Of a DNA stretch of 43,650 nucleotides, positions 18,680 through 27,069 are shown piece by piece (position 1 is the first letter of the stretch; each line of letters opens with the position of its first letter). The DNA is from Deltaproteobacteria bacterium UBA2957 (GTDB taxonomy: Bacteria > Myxococcota_A > UBA796). Below the pieces are notes generated by a model, which was not told where the DNA came from, searched no databases, and was given only the letters and a program-made list of their open reading frames with translations. A program made the translations under genes and the position numbers. The stretch spans positions 1-43,650 of the forward strand of contig DEBL01000396.1 of NCBI GenBank assembly GCA_002348535.1, written 5' to 3'.

Positions 18680-20134
18680 ATGAAGCGACACAACCTCTAT
18701 GCCACCGTTTTCGCCTTCTGTCTCGGTGCTGGTGCTGCCCAAGCCACCGGGTTGATCGCCCCAAACGAACCATCTGGTGTACCCGCAACGCCGCTCCTTC
18801 GACAAGCGGCTACTCCACCTCAGGCGCCCGAAGGCGCCTACAACCCCACGCTGTCTCTCGCCCCCTTGGTCAAGGCTCTGCAGCCGGCGGTTGTGAACAT
18901 TCACGTTGAACAGAACGTACGGAATGAAATGTCCTCCATGTTCGAGTTCTTCGCACCGTTCATGGTGCCCCCCGAGGCCCGACAAGGCGACGGGTCTGAT
19001 TTTCGGGTTCAGACTGGACAAGGGTCGGGCTTCCTCATTTCCCCGGACGGCTATCTGCTGACGAACCATCACGTCGTGGCCGACGCCGACAGTGTAAAAG
19101 TCAAGCTCGCCGACGACCGTGAGTTCGAGGGCACCGTGGTCGGCACCGACTCGCGAATCGACATTGCCCTCATCAAGATCGATGCAGAAAACGCTCTGCC
19201 GTACGTCGCCAGCGGCACGTCGAACGAAATGAGCGTCGGCGATTGGGTGGTTGCCATCGGCAATCCGTTCGGACTCAGTCACACCGTCACCGCAGGCATC
19301 ATTAGCGCCAAAGGGCGAGTGATTGGTGCCGGACCGTACGACAACTTCATCCAAACCGATGCCAGCATCAACCCCGGTAACTCTGGTGGTCCACTCTTTA
19401 ATCTCGCTGGCGAGGTGATTGGCATCAACACGGCCATCAATGCATCGGGGCAAGGAATTGGGTTTGCCGTTCCCATGGACATGGTGTCACCCTTTTTGAA
19501 TGACTTAAAAACCGACGGCGAAATCGCCCGCGGGTGGCTTGGCGTTAGCCTTCAAAACCTCGATAAGGAACTCGCCTCCGGACTCAACTTGGGGACCTCC
19601 AGCGGGGTGCTGCTGAGCGAAGTTCACGTTGACCAACCGGCCGACAAGGCCGGCCTTCAGCCGGGAGACCTGATTCAATCGGTGGATGGTGCGGAGGTCG
19701 ACAACTCCGCTGATTTGGTTCGGCTGATCGGTCGACACAGAGCGGGCGACAAGGTGAAGATCGGTGTGATTCGAAACGGCAACGAACGCGTGGTCTCCGC
19801 CAAGCTCGGGAAGCGCCCATCGGAAAAGGAAATTCGAACCGCACGCTTTGAATCCAACTCCATCGATCGGGGACCAGAAAAGTCACCTGTTCTGAACAAA
19901 CTCGGCTTTGCCGTTGAACCGATGCCCGGCGGCGGGGCCCGAGTCACAGACGTCACGAGCGACACACCGGCCGCTGGAAAACTGCGTTCTGGCGACATCA
20001 TCATTGAGGTTAACGGAACGCCAGTCCGGCAACTTGGCGACTTGGTCAAAGCATTGGTTCGACGAGGACAACACAACGTCATGGTCGTTAAACGGGACGG
20101 TCGCCAGATCTATGTCGCCCTACCCAAGCCCTGA
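18680..20134 (+). CDS. htrA: periplasmic serine endoprotease, HtrA/DegP/DegQ family (protease domain plus two PDZ)
   Basis: ATG 18680 with GGAG 8 nt upstream. Signal peptide ...GAGAAQA/TG. Trypsin-like triad contexts LLTNHHVV, DIALIKI, INPGNSGGPLF. Two PDZ-like segments (RGWLGVSLQ...; LGFAVEP...GDIIIEVNG). Confidence 0.9.
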   Translation: MKRHNLYATVFAFCLGAGAAQATGLIAPNEPSGVPATPLLRQAATPPQAPEGAYNPTLSLAPLVKALQPAVVNIHVEQNVRNEMSSMFEFFAPFMVPPEARQGDGSDFRVQTGQGSGFLISPDGYLLTNHHVVADADSVKVKLADDREFEGTVVGTDSRIDIALIKIDAENALPYVASGTSNEMSVGDWVVAIGNPFGLSHTVTAGIISAKGRVIGAGPYDNFIQTDASINPGNSGGPLFNLAGEVIGINTAINASGQGIGFAVPMDMVSPFLNDLKTDGEIARGWLGVSLQNLDKELASGLNLGTSSGVLLSEVHVDQPADKAGLQPGDLIQSVDGAEVDNSADLVRLIGRHRAGDKVKIGVIRNGNERVVSAKLGKRPSEKEIRTARFESNSIDRGPEKSPVLNKLGFAVEPMPGGGARVTDVTSDTPAAGKLRSGDIIIEVNGTPVRQLGDLVKALVRRGQHNVMVVKRDGRQIYVALPKP

Positions 20135-20165
20135 CATCCAGCTCCCTCAGGCTTAAGGCGTCTGT

Positions 20166-21413
20166 ATGATACCGCTCCTCTCTATCCTTTCGGTCGGCGG
20201 CTGTGATGCCCTGCGCGCCACGGTAGTCGACCTCTATCCTCAGTCCTACACCCCCGACCTTGCTGCCGGCAGTGGAGCCACTGTGGGCGGCGGGGGGCGC
20301 CATGATTGGCCCAGTGGCGTCCCCCGATTCTCTGAGGACGATGCTCTGCGCACCCAAGCCGCCATCCACCTGCAGCCCGTATTGACCGGCTCCAGTCAGC
20401 CCACAGAAATGATCTTCTTTCCGGGCTCCGAAACGCAAGGTTTGCTCCTCGAAAAAGGGGGCACGCTCCAGCGGTTTGACCTCGCTGAAGGCCGCTTAGA
20501 CACCGTGATGCATGTGGCCGTTTCGACCGAGTCCGAACAAGGTCTCCTCGGTGCGGCCCTTCATCCCGACTTCACCACCAACGACCGAATGTTTCTCCAC
20601 ACATCCGAAAAGAGAGGAGCGGAGAAGGTGGGGGTGGTCAGCGAGTGGCGGTACAACTCGGGTCAGCCCGAGCGCACGCGGACGGTCATCGAGGTAAACC
20701 AGCCGTACGCCAACCACAACGGCGGGAGCATCGCCTTTGGGCCCGATGGCTACTTGTTCATCGGCCTCGGCGATGGAGGGTGGCGCGATGACCCGCACAA
20801 TCACGGTCAGAACGGGACGACCTTACTGGGCTCAATGCTCCGGATTGATGTTGGCAACGCTGCACGTGAAAACGGGTACACGATACCCGCCGACAATCCG
20901 TGGGTGGGGCATGCCGACGTAGCCGATGAAGCATGGGCCATCGGACTTCGGAACCCTTGGAAGTTCAGTTTCACACCGAGCGGGGACCTCATCGTGGCTG
21001 ACGTGGGCCAAAACGCCTTCGAAGAGGTCAACCTAGTCCGCGCCAAAGCCAACCTCGGGTGGAACGACCGCGAGGCTTCTCATTGCTTCCCCGAGGGCCG
21101 TGACTGTAGCACTGAGGGACTCACCGACCCCATCTACGAATACCCACATCGGGAAGGAAAAAGCATCACAGGCGGGTACGTGTCCACGTCATCGTCGGTG
21201 CCGGTCATCGAGGGGCTGTATGTATTCGGGGATTTCGTCACGGGCCGATTTTGGGCCATTGATGTCCCGGAAGCGGCCGACGGAACTCAGGTCCCAGCCA
21301 CCGCTCTGGGTCAGTGGCCCGTGCTCCCTTCGACGTTTGCGCGCTCGGCGAGCGGACGTCTTTACGTCACCGATTTCGGGTCAGGAACGGTCTTCCGCAT
21401 CGATGCGGGCTGA
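20166..21413 (+). CDS. PQQ-dependent sugar (glucose/sorbosone) dehydrogenase-like beta-propeller lipoprotein
   Basis: Lipobox LSVGGC. Motifs present: EQGLLGAALHPDF, NHNGGSIAFGPDGYLFIGLGDGG, LLGSMLRIDV, YTIPADNPW, WAIGLRNPWKFSF, ADVGQNAFEEVN, NLGWN. Confidence 0.8.
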   Translation: MIPLLSILSVGGCDALRATVVDLYPQSYTPDLAAGSGATVGGGGRHDWPSGVPRFSEDDALRTQAAIHLQPVLTGSSQPTEMIFFPGSETQGLLLEKGGTLQRFDLAEGRLDTVMHVAVSTESEQGLLGAALHPDFTTNDRMFLHTSEKRGAEKVGVVSEWRYNSGQPERTRTVIEVNQPYANHNGGSIAFGPDGYLFIGLGDGGWRDDPHNHGQNGTTLLGSMLRIDVGNAARENGYTIPADNPWVGHADVADEAWAIGLRNPWKFSFTPSGDLIVADVGQNAFEEVNLVRAKANLGWNDREASHCFPEGRDCSTEGLTDPIYEYPHREGKSITGGYVSTSSSVPVIEGLYVFGDFVTGRFWAIDVPEAADGTQVPATALGQWPVLPSTFARSASGRLYVTDFGSGTVFRIDAG

Positions 21414-21416
21414 GCA

Positions 21417-22058
21417 TCAGCGCACGGGGTCGGGAGTCTGAGCGCTTCGAACCGCGGCGACAAAGGCAGCCATCCGTTTGGGATCTTTCACGCCGACGCT
21501 GCTCTCAACGCCACTGCAGACATCGACTCCGTAGGGGCGAAGGCTTCGAATCGCCTCACCGACGTTGCCTGCGTTGAGGCCACCCGCGATGATCAATCGG
21601 TGGTCACCGTGCAACGATCGAACCCGTTCCCAATCGGCAGGCACACCGCTTCCCGGTTGCGGACCATCGACCAACACAATGGGATGTTCACGCTTTGCAG
21701 ATTGGACGTATTCACCGATTCGCTTGTGGAGATCGGGGCCGTCGTCAAAGGCAAACAACCAGTTGGCGTCCATTGCCGCGGGGACGGTGGCGTCGGCCAT
21801 CAGTTGAATCACATCGGGTTGCAACGAGTTTACGATTTCCTCCAACTCCTCCGTTGAAGGACGACCGCACACCGCAACGACATCAACGCCCTTGGGCACA
21901 CGCGCCTTCAACGCTGCAGCGCGGTCGATGGTTAACTTCCGAGGAGACGGGTCCAGCACAAGCCCGATCGCATGCACGCCGAGTTCAATGGCGGCATCAA
22001 TGCCCCGCTCAGTGGTGAATCCACAAATTTTGATCCGAAGGCTCAACGTGCTCCCCAC
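21417..22058 (-). CDS. trpF: phosphoribosylanthranilate isomerase
   Basis: Motifs present: IKICGFTT...DAAIELGVHAIGLVL.PSPR, LIIAGGLNAGNV, YGVDVCSGVES. Convergent with the dehydrogenase gene (3 nt gap). Confidence 0.8.
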   Translation of the reverse strand: MGSTLSLRIKICGFTTERGIDAAIELGVHAIGLVLDPSPRKLTIDRAAALKARVPKGVDVVAVCGRPSTEELEEIVNSLQPDVIQLMADATVPAAMDANWLFAFDDGPDLHKRIGEYVQSAKREHPIVLVDGPQPGSGVPADWERVRSLHGDHRLIIAGGLNAGNVGEAIRSLRPYGVDVCSGVESSVGVKDPKRMAAFVAAVRSAQTPDPVR

Positions 22059-22112
22059 TCGTCCACGCGACCCCCTAACCGATGTTCGATTTTATCGACG
22101 AAAACAGTGATT

Positions 22113-22697
22113 TTAGGCCGCCGCATCAACGAGGAGAAAGTTTCTCAATAGCCGATCTCCGTTGGGTGTCAGAATGCTCTCCGGGTGGAATTGAACTCCC
22201 CAGATGGGGAGCGTGCAGTGACGCAGACCCATCACCTCTCCGTCATCGGTGTGGGCCTGCGATCGAAGGGTGTCGGGAAGGCTCTCCTGCGAGACGGCGA
22301 GAGAGTGATAGCGCCCAACAACCAGCGGATTGGGGAGCCCCGTAAACAGCCCCTCACCATCGTGATGGACCTTGCTGTCCTTGCCGTGCATGAGTTGTTT
22401 GGCGGGCACGACGTCCGCCCCGAACACGGTAGCAATCGATTGGTGCCCGAGACAGACCCCAAGGATTGGTACGATGCCGGAAAACGACTGAATCATTTCC
22501 ATCGATATTCCCGCGTCGGTCGGTCGACCCGGACCCGGTGAAATGCAGAGATGGGTCGGTTGCAGCGCGTGGGCAGCATCAAGGTCGATTTGGTCGTTTC
22601 TGTGCACCTGAACATCGGCCCCCATGACCATAAAGGCCTGAGCGAGATTGAAGGTGAACGAGTCGTAGTTGTCGATGAGCAGGAGGCGCTTCGCCAT
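22113..22697 (-). CDS. trpG: anthranilate / aminodeoxychorismate synthase glutamine amidotransferase component II
   Basis: Motifs present: LLIDNYDSFTFNLAQAF, ISPGPGRP, PILGVCLGHQSI (catalytic Cys), VGRYHSL, GVQFHPESILT. I cannot distinguish trpG from pabA by sequence alone. Confidence 0.85.
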   Translation of the reverse strand: MAKRLLLIDNYDSFTFNLAQAFMVMGADVQVHRNDQIDLDAAHALQPTHLCISPGPGRPTDAGISMEMIQSFSGIVPILGVCLGHQSIATVFGADVVPAKQLMHGKDSKVHHDGEGLFTGLPNPLVVGRYHSLAVSQESLPDTLRSQAHTDDGEVMGLRHCTLPIWGVQFHPESILTPNGDRLLRNFLLVDAAA

Positions 22698-22710
22698 GCA
22701 TTGGCCTCAG

Positions 22711-23196
22711 TTAGTCCGTCGTTCCCGATACTGTAAACGGCTCGGAGGGGTTGTTGTCATCATCAAAGACGATGAACTGAAATTCATACTGGGCGGCTTG
22801 GTAACACTGTACGCCCACGACTTCGCTTGAGAATGCGCCTTCGCAGAACCCCGTTGACGGGTCGCAGACGATGCCGACTTCAGTGTCGGTTCGGGTCCCC
22901 TCAAGCCACAATGAAACCAGTCCACCCGGCTTGATGCTCTCGATCCCTTGCGGATCCGTGGCGGCGGCATTGAAGAACCACTCTTCCAGCAAGCCCGTTC
23001 TCTCGCAAATGGCTTGGGCGAACGTAATGACAGGGGCGTCATCTTCAGGGCCTCCATCGGCGTCTCCCCCAGATCCACCGTCGGAGTCCGATTCATCTTC
23101 AGAGGCATCGCCCGTGTCTCGCTTCGCCTGATTCACCCCCAGTACCGTCGACCCGCAGCCCACGACCACACCAAAAAACAAGATCAATGGGTGCAT
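22711..23196 (-). CDS. hypothetical lipoprotein with acidic linker
   Basis: ATG 23196 with AGGAGGA upstream (reverse complement of 23201-23207). Lipobox FGVVVGC, a D/E/G/S-rich linker, then a Cys-containing beta-rich domain. It lies 13 nt upstream of trpG on the same strand. Confidence 0.6.
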   Translation of the reverse strand: MHPLILFFGVVVGCGSTVLGVNQAKRDTGDASEDESDSDGGSGGDADGGPEDDAPVITFAQAICERTGLLEEWFFNAAATDPQGIESIKPGGLVSLWLEGTRTDTEVGIVCDPSTGFCEGAFSSEVVGVQCYQAAQYEFQFIVFDDDNNPSEPFTVSGTTD

Positions 23197-23315
23197 CGAT
23201 TCCTCCTGTCGAAGCTGTCTAATACGGAAATGGGACAGCGTATACCGTTTAAAACCTACCCAAGAAACGACTTTTAGTATACACTTGTCGTGTCAATGGT
23301 TTTTGGAGTTGCCCC
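23197..23315. promoter_or_regulatory. divergent intergenic region (lipoprotein-trpG-trpF operon versus EAD-like gene)
   Basis: This is the most AT-rich stretch in the window. It is flanked by strong SD sequences on both strands. GTATAC occurs twice (23240-23245 and 23277-23282), and there is a TAGTAT -10-like hexamer at 23275-23280. No confident -35/-10 pair. Confidence 0.3.
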
Positions 23316-24170
23316 ATGATGTTTTCTGACCACGAATGCCGAGAGTTGGCCGCCTTCTTCGCAAAGCGCTTTTCTGAGCCCTCGGTTCGGACCATGCTGG
23401 CTCGCCAAGCGGGCATCAAGGAAGACGAAGACGGCGCTGACCCTGGCGTGGCGTGGGAGCGATTGATCACAACGGCCCAAAACCGTAGAAAGCTCCCCAA
23501 GTTGGCCATCGTTGCGGCCAAGACGGATGCAACCGACCAGAATCTCCAAGCGGTCTGCAACCTGCTCGGAGCGCGGGCTCGCATCGTACGCAACCGCACG
23601 ATTGCCGCTGCCGCCGCAGCGTGCCTCGCCATCTCATTCGGCTATGCAGGATTCACAATCGGCAACGATGACACGACCCCAGTCCTTGCAGAGGTCTCGC
23701 TCCCCGCAGAACCAGTCATCGAAGAAGTCCTTTCGGTCGAGGATGCCGTGGTGGTGACGGAGGCCGACCCCGTCATCGAAGAACCGCCTGAAATTCCCGA
23801 TGGTCCCGCATACACAACCGCACACACCGCCCCAGAGGATCGCCCAACCGGACCCGCTTGGCGAAACGGCCGGTGCACATACAGCAACGCCGGCGACTTC
23901 ATTGGATATTGGTACGCAGGCGATGAACTGCCCGGACGCCAAGGTGAGATTGCTGAGGTCAAGCTGGGCGTCAATGTTCGCATGGACTACCCCGGACTCC
24001 ACAATGACTTCGATACACGAGCCAAGGTTCGATGCATCCTCAAGCGTGGTGACAAGGTCAAGCTGACCGACGCGGCCATCTTGGTGCCACCCGGCAAGTA
24101 CTGGGTGCCGCTGTATCACGGCGACTTGGTCGAAGAGGCTCCCGAAGAAAACCTCGTTGCGGTCCGGTGA
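23316..24170 (+). CDS. membrane protein: N-terminal EAD-like (death-fold-like) helical domain, one TM helix, acidic/Pro linker, C-terminal SH3b-like domain
   Basis: ATG 23316 with GGAG 7 nt upstream. N-terminus ECRELAAFFAKRFSEPSVRTMLARQAGI...VAWERLITTAQNRRKLPKLAIVAAK resembles effector-associated-domain helices. TM helix IAAAAAACLAISFGYAGFTIG. The C-terminus VKLGVNVRMDYPG...ILKRGDKVKL...GKYWVPLY is SH3b-like. Domain calls are from pattern memory only. Confidence 0.6.
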   Translation: MMFSDHECRELAAFFAKRFSEPSVRTMLARQAGIKEDEDGADPGVAWERLITTAQNRRKLPKLAIVAAKTDATDQNLQAVCNLLGARARIVRNRTIAAAAAACLAISFGYAGFTIGNDDTTPVLAEVSLPAEPVIEEVLSVEDAVVVTEADPVIEEPPEIPDGPAYTTAHTAPEDRPTGPAWRNGRCTYSNAGDFIGYWYAGDELPGRQGEIAEVKLGVNVRMDYPGLHNDFDTRAKVRCILKRGDKVKLTDAAILVPPGKYWVPLYHGDLVEEAPEENLVAVR

Positions 24171-24205
24171 ACGCCTCCGCATCCCGCGCGGGTTACGCCG
24201 TATAA

Positions 24206-24775
24206 ATGGGCGACCTTACCCCAGAGCAAAAGACCGTGTACACGGCACGACTGAAGGCCGTCAGCCGGGGCCTGCTGGCCGGTAACTGTGTCGTAGGCTT
24301 GGCCTTCGCCGCCGGACTGTATGGAACAGACCGTGAGGTACCGTATGTGGTCGCGATGGCGATCGGAGCATTTGTCTTGGTCAACGTCTGCGGCATCGCG
24401 CTTCGAACCGCCTTGCGACCCATCCCGATGAGTGCGGTCCCGACGCCAACATCCACAGCGGTGAGTTCAGACTCCGATACGATTATCGATGAGCCAGAGC
24501 CGAAGATTGACGTACAGATCGATGGGGAAGAACTGGTCGAGCCCGCGCTGTTTCGAGAGTCCGACAGCAGCGAGGGGGCAAGCTTGGTGGAAGTCGAAGA
24601 AGTGCCAACCCATCCGGGTCTTGAACAGCCAAATACCGACGATTTGGCCGACCAAGACACCGAACTTGATCCCGACCGGGCACACCTACGAAACCCGGAC
24701 GGGCCGGTGCTCACAGTGCCACGCACCGCTCCGCAGCCTCTCGAGACTCCAGCCGGGTCCACGGACGACGCCTAA
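24206..24775 (+). CDS. hypothetical membrane protein (2 TM) with long acidic C-terminal tail
   Basis: Two hydrophobic helices (LLAGNCVVGLAFAAGLY; YVVAMAIGAFVLVNVCGIAL) followed by a D/E/P-rich tail. Third-position GC is high in this frame. The equal-length antisense ORF (24193-24762) is Ser/Arg-rich and looks spurious. Confidence 0.5.
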   Translation: MGDLTPEQKTVYTARLKAVSRGLLAGNCVVGLAFAAGLYGTDREVPYVVAMAIGAFVLVNVCGIALRTALRPIPMSAVPTPTSTAVSSDSDTIIDEPEPKIDVQIDGEELVEPALFRESDSSEGASLVEVEEVPTHPGLEQPNTDDLADQDTELDPDRAHLRNPDGPVLTVPRTAPQPLETPAGSTDDA

Positions 24776-24942
24776 CACCATGGTCTGGTGGGTCTATGCG
24801 GCGTCCAGAACACGCGCATGCATCACTGACGATCTGAGTGAGCCCGTGCAAGAACTCGAAAAAATGACCGCTGCTGCTGCAAACTGAGCCAACGAGGCCG
24901 ACATCGACGCGCCTCCGAGGGTCAACCGGACTACGATCGGTA

Positions 24943-25830
24943 GTGGAGGAACATGACACGGTGTCCAACTCACGCATCATCATGGTGTTGGCAGCTTCCA
25001 TCGGTGCCATCAGCACCGCGGCCATCTTGGTGCGGTTGGTTCCTGATATGCACCCCATCGGCATCGCATTCTGGCGCACTGCCGCCGTCGCCCTGATTTT
25101 GTTCCCCACGTTGTTTCATCGACAAACTGCCCGGCCCAGCGGACCCATGCTGTGGTGGAGTATCGGTGCCGGATTGTGTCTGGCCTTCCATTTTTGGGCA
25201 TGGTTCGCCAGTCTACAGATGACCACAGTGATTCGATCGACTGTGCTCGTATGCCTGACCCCGATTTGGGCCGGACTGTGGTCGTGGAGCGTGTTCAAGG
25301 AGCCACCAAGTGCCCGCTTTTGGGCTGGGATTGCCATCGCTCTCGCCGGCGTCCTGTGGATGACGCAAGGAGCGAACGGTGGACACTCAACGGCTAGCCT
25401 CGAGGGGGACATGCTCGCGCTCATCGGCGGCTTCTTGTCCGGCACCTACCTCACCATCGGGCGCGGCGTGCGAGCGAAGACCGACTGGGGTCCGTACGGC
25501 GCGATACTCTGCGCCTCCTGTGCGGGGTGGTTGGTGGCGCTCGCCGCGATAACGGGTTCCTCTCTTGCCGTGGTGGGTGACAACGCGCTGTGGGTGCTCC
25601 TCGCCATGGCTCTTGGACCACAACTCATCGGACACATCGGATTCGCGTGGTTGGTCCGCTACGTGCCCGCAACCATCATCGGCGCCGCCATCTTGTTGGA
25701 GCCGGTCGGCGCGTCGGTTCTGGGCGCGGCTGTCCTCGATGAATGGCCATCGGCCAGCGAGATTGCGGGAGGCGCCGTGATCTTGGTTGGAGTGCTGGTT
25801 GCAACGGCCCAAGGGAGTCAAGGCGAGTGA
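24943..25830 (+). CDS. DMT superfamily (EamA-like) transporter
   Basis: About 10 hydrophobic helices in two EamA-like halves (AASIGAISTAAILVRLV...; ALIGGFLSGTYLTIGR...ILLEPVGASVLGAAVLDE). The start is uncertain (GTG 24943, GTG 24961 or ATG 24982). Confidence 0.75.
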   Translation: MEEHDTVSNSRIIMVLAASIGAISTAAILVRLVPDMHPIGIAFWRTAAVALILFPTLFHRQTARPSGPMLWWSIGAGLCLAFHFWAWFASLQMTTVIRSTVLVCLTPIWAGLWSWSVFKEPPSARFWAGIAIALAGVLWMTQGANGGHSTASLEGDMLALIGGFLSGTYLTIGRGVRAKTDWGPYGAILCASCAGWLVALAAITGSSLAVVGDNALWVLLAMALGPQLIGHIGFAWLVRYVPATIIGAAILLEPVGASVLGAAVLDEWPSASEIAGGAVILVGVLVATAQGSQGE

Positions 25831-26981
25831 CCGCTGAATCCATCACGCTCCGTGTCGCCGAATCGATCAATGAAATCGACCCCCATGACTGGAATCGCCT
25901 CACCGACCCCAACGACCCCTTCACCGACCACGCCTTCCTTGCATTGCTCGAAGAAAGCGGCAGCGTCGGACCCCGAACCGGCTGGATTCCAGTCCACCTG
26001 CTGGCCCATCGCGGGACGCAACTGGTGGGTGCGATGCCCTTGTACCTCAAGGACAACAGCTACGGCGAATACATATTCGACTGGGGGTGGGCTCAGGCCG
26101 CCCAGCGGGCAGGAATCCCCTATTACCCAAAGTTAGTGAGCGCGGTTCCGTTCACCCCCGCCACAGGACGACGACTTCTCGCCTTGGATTCAGACGTGGA
26201 ACAAACCTTGCTCGATGGCCTCCATGGCGTCGCAAAGGCCACTCGAGCGTTATCGATACACATCCTGTTCTGCAGCGAACCCGAAAGCACGGCCGGCAAA
26301 GCACGGCCGGAACTCATCGGACGAACCACCCACCAGTTCCACTGGAACAACACGGGGTACACCAGCTTCGACGACTGGCTTTCGACGTTTCGCTCCCGAC
26401 GACGCAAGGAGGTTCGACGAGAACGGGCCGCTCCCGCGAAGCTGGGGGTTGAAGTGGAGGTCATCCGCGGGCGTGACCTGACTGAACAACACTGGCAGTC
26501 CATGCGTGGGTTTTACGAGCGAACCATCCAAAAAAAACATGCTCAGGCGTACCTAACAGAGGAATTTTTCTCGCTCGCCCCTCATCGGCTCAGCCACTCA
26601 GCCTTGTTGTTCTTCGCAACGCACGACGGTGAGCCGGTCGCTGGGTCACTCTGTTTTCAGCGTGGCAACCACCTGATGGGTCGATACTGGGGGTGTTTAC
26701 CGGCCTACGAATCCTTGCATTTTGAGCTGTGCTACCACGCCCCAATAGAACTCTGCATCCGCCACCAATGGTCGCACTTCGAAGCCGGAGCCCAAGGATT
26801 ACACAAGGTGCAGCGTGGTTTGGCTCCCGCAAGGACTCACTCGCTCCACCATCTTCGCCATCCCGGCCTTCATGAAGCGGTCCGAGATGCACTGGCTCAC
26901 GAGGATGCCCAAGTCGAAGCTGAACTCAAATGGTGTGAAACAAAACTTCCTTTCCATCGCACGGATCGCACGACGGGATAA
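25827..26981 (+). CDS. DUF482 / FemAB-like GNAT-fold family protein (COG3146)
   Basis: Motifs present: INEIDPHDWNRL...NPFTDHAFLALLEESGSVGPRTGW.P.HL, MPLYLKDNSYGEYIFDWGWAQAAQRAGIPYYPKL, VPFTPATGRRLL, SLCF, GRYWG. These match my memory of the DUF482 (PF04339) pattern. The GTG at 25827 overlaps the EamA stop (GTGA). Confidence 0.7.
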   Translation: MTAESITLRVAESINEIDPHDWNRLTDPNDPFTDHAFLALLEESGSVGPRTGWIPVHLLAHRGTQLVGAMPLYLKDNSYGEYIFDWGWAQAAQRAGIPYYPKLVSAVPFTPATGRRLLALDSDVEQTLLDGLHGVAKATRALSIHILFCSEPESTAGKARPELIGRTTHQFHWNNTGYTSFDDWLSTFRSRRRKEVRRERAAPAKLGVEVEVIRGRDLTEQHWQSMRGFYERTIQKKHAQAYLTEEFFSLAPHRLSHSALLFFATHDGEPVAGSLCFQRGNHLMGRYWGCLPAYESLHFELCYHAPIELCIRHQWSHFEAGAQGLHKVQRGLAPARTHSLHHLRHPGLHEAVRDALAHEDAQVEAELKWCETKLPFHRTDRTTG

Positions 26982-27001
26982 GGGGGCCGCCATGCGCCCC
27001 C
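26982..27001 (+). terminator. short GC hairpin immediately after the DUF482 stop; possible weak intrinsic terminator
   Basis: GGGGGC-(8 nt loop)-GCCCCC starts 1 nt after the TAA (26979-26981). The trailing sequence is only moderately T-rich (tactgaccagtctatttta). Confidence 0.3.
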
Positions 27002-27024
27002 TACTGACCAGTCTATTTTACAAC

Positions 27025-27069
27025 AAACGAGCCCATCGAACATTCAATTGCGATGGTAGATGCTCGTTT
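27025..27069 (+). promoter_or_regulatory. nested imperfect inverted repeat in the leader of the fused ABC transporter gene
   Basis: AAACGAGC-CCATCG-(12 nt loop containing CAATTG)-CGATGG-(5 nt bulge)-GCTCGTTT gives 14 paired positions, followed by TTTATCGTT. It ends 33 nt before ATG 27102. It could be an attenuator, terminator or operator. Confidence 0.3.

Noticed and set aside
11468-19453. Several 150-280-aa antisense ORFs inside the RND, TolC and HtrA genes (for example 11468-12070, 13524-14132, 17458-18201, 18611-19453)
   Set aside because: All lie opposite genes with strong family signatures, and none has motifs of its own. They are GC-rich shadow ORFs.
24193-24762. A 189-aa minus-strand ORF mirroring the 24206-24775 plus-strand ORF
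   Set aside because: The product is Ser/Gly/Arg-rich and low-complexity. The plus-strand frame gives two clean TM helices, higher third-position GC, and operon orientation with the upstream gene. The choice remains only moderately confident.
24780-24887. A 35-aa ORF (MVWWVYAASRTRAC...) in the 167-nt gap before the EamA gene
   Set aside because: No SD. Third-position GC is about 57% by hand count, which looks lower than I would expect for coding sequence here. No motif. It may just be intergenic or leader sequence, and ribosome profiling would be needed to revive it.
26530-26537. An A8 homopolymer inside the DUF482-like gene (possible slippage or phase-variation site); a similar A7/T7 run at about 36330 in the deaminase gene
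   Set aside because: These are single short runs encoding Lys-Lys in frame. There is no repeat expansion or alternative-frame ORF suggesting phase variation.
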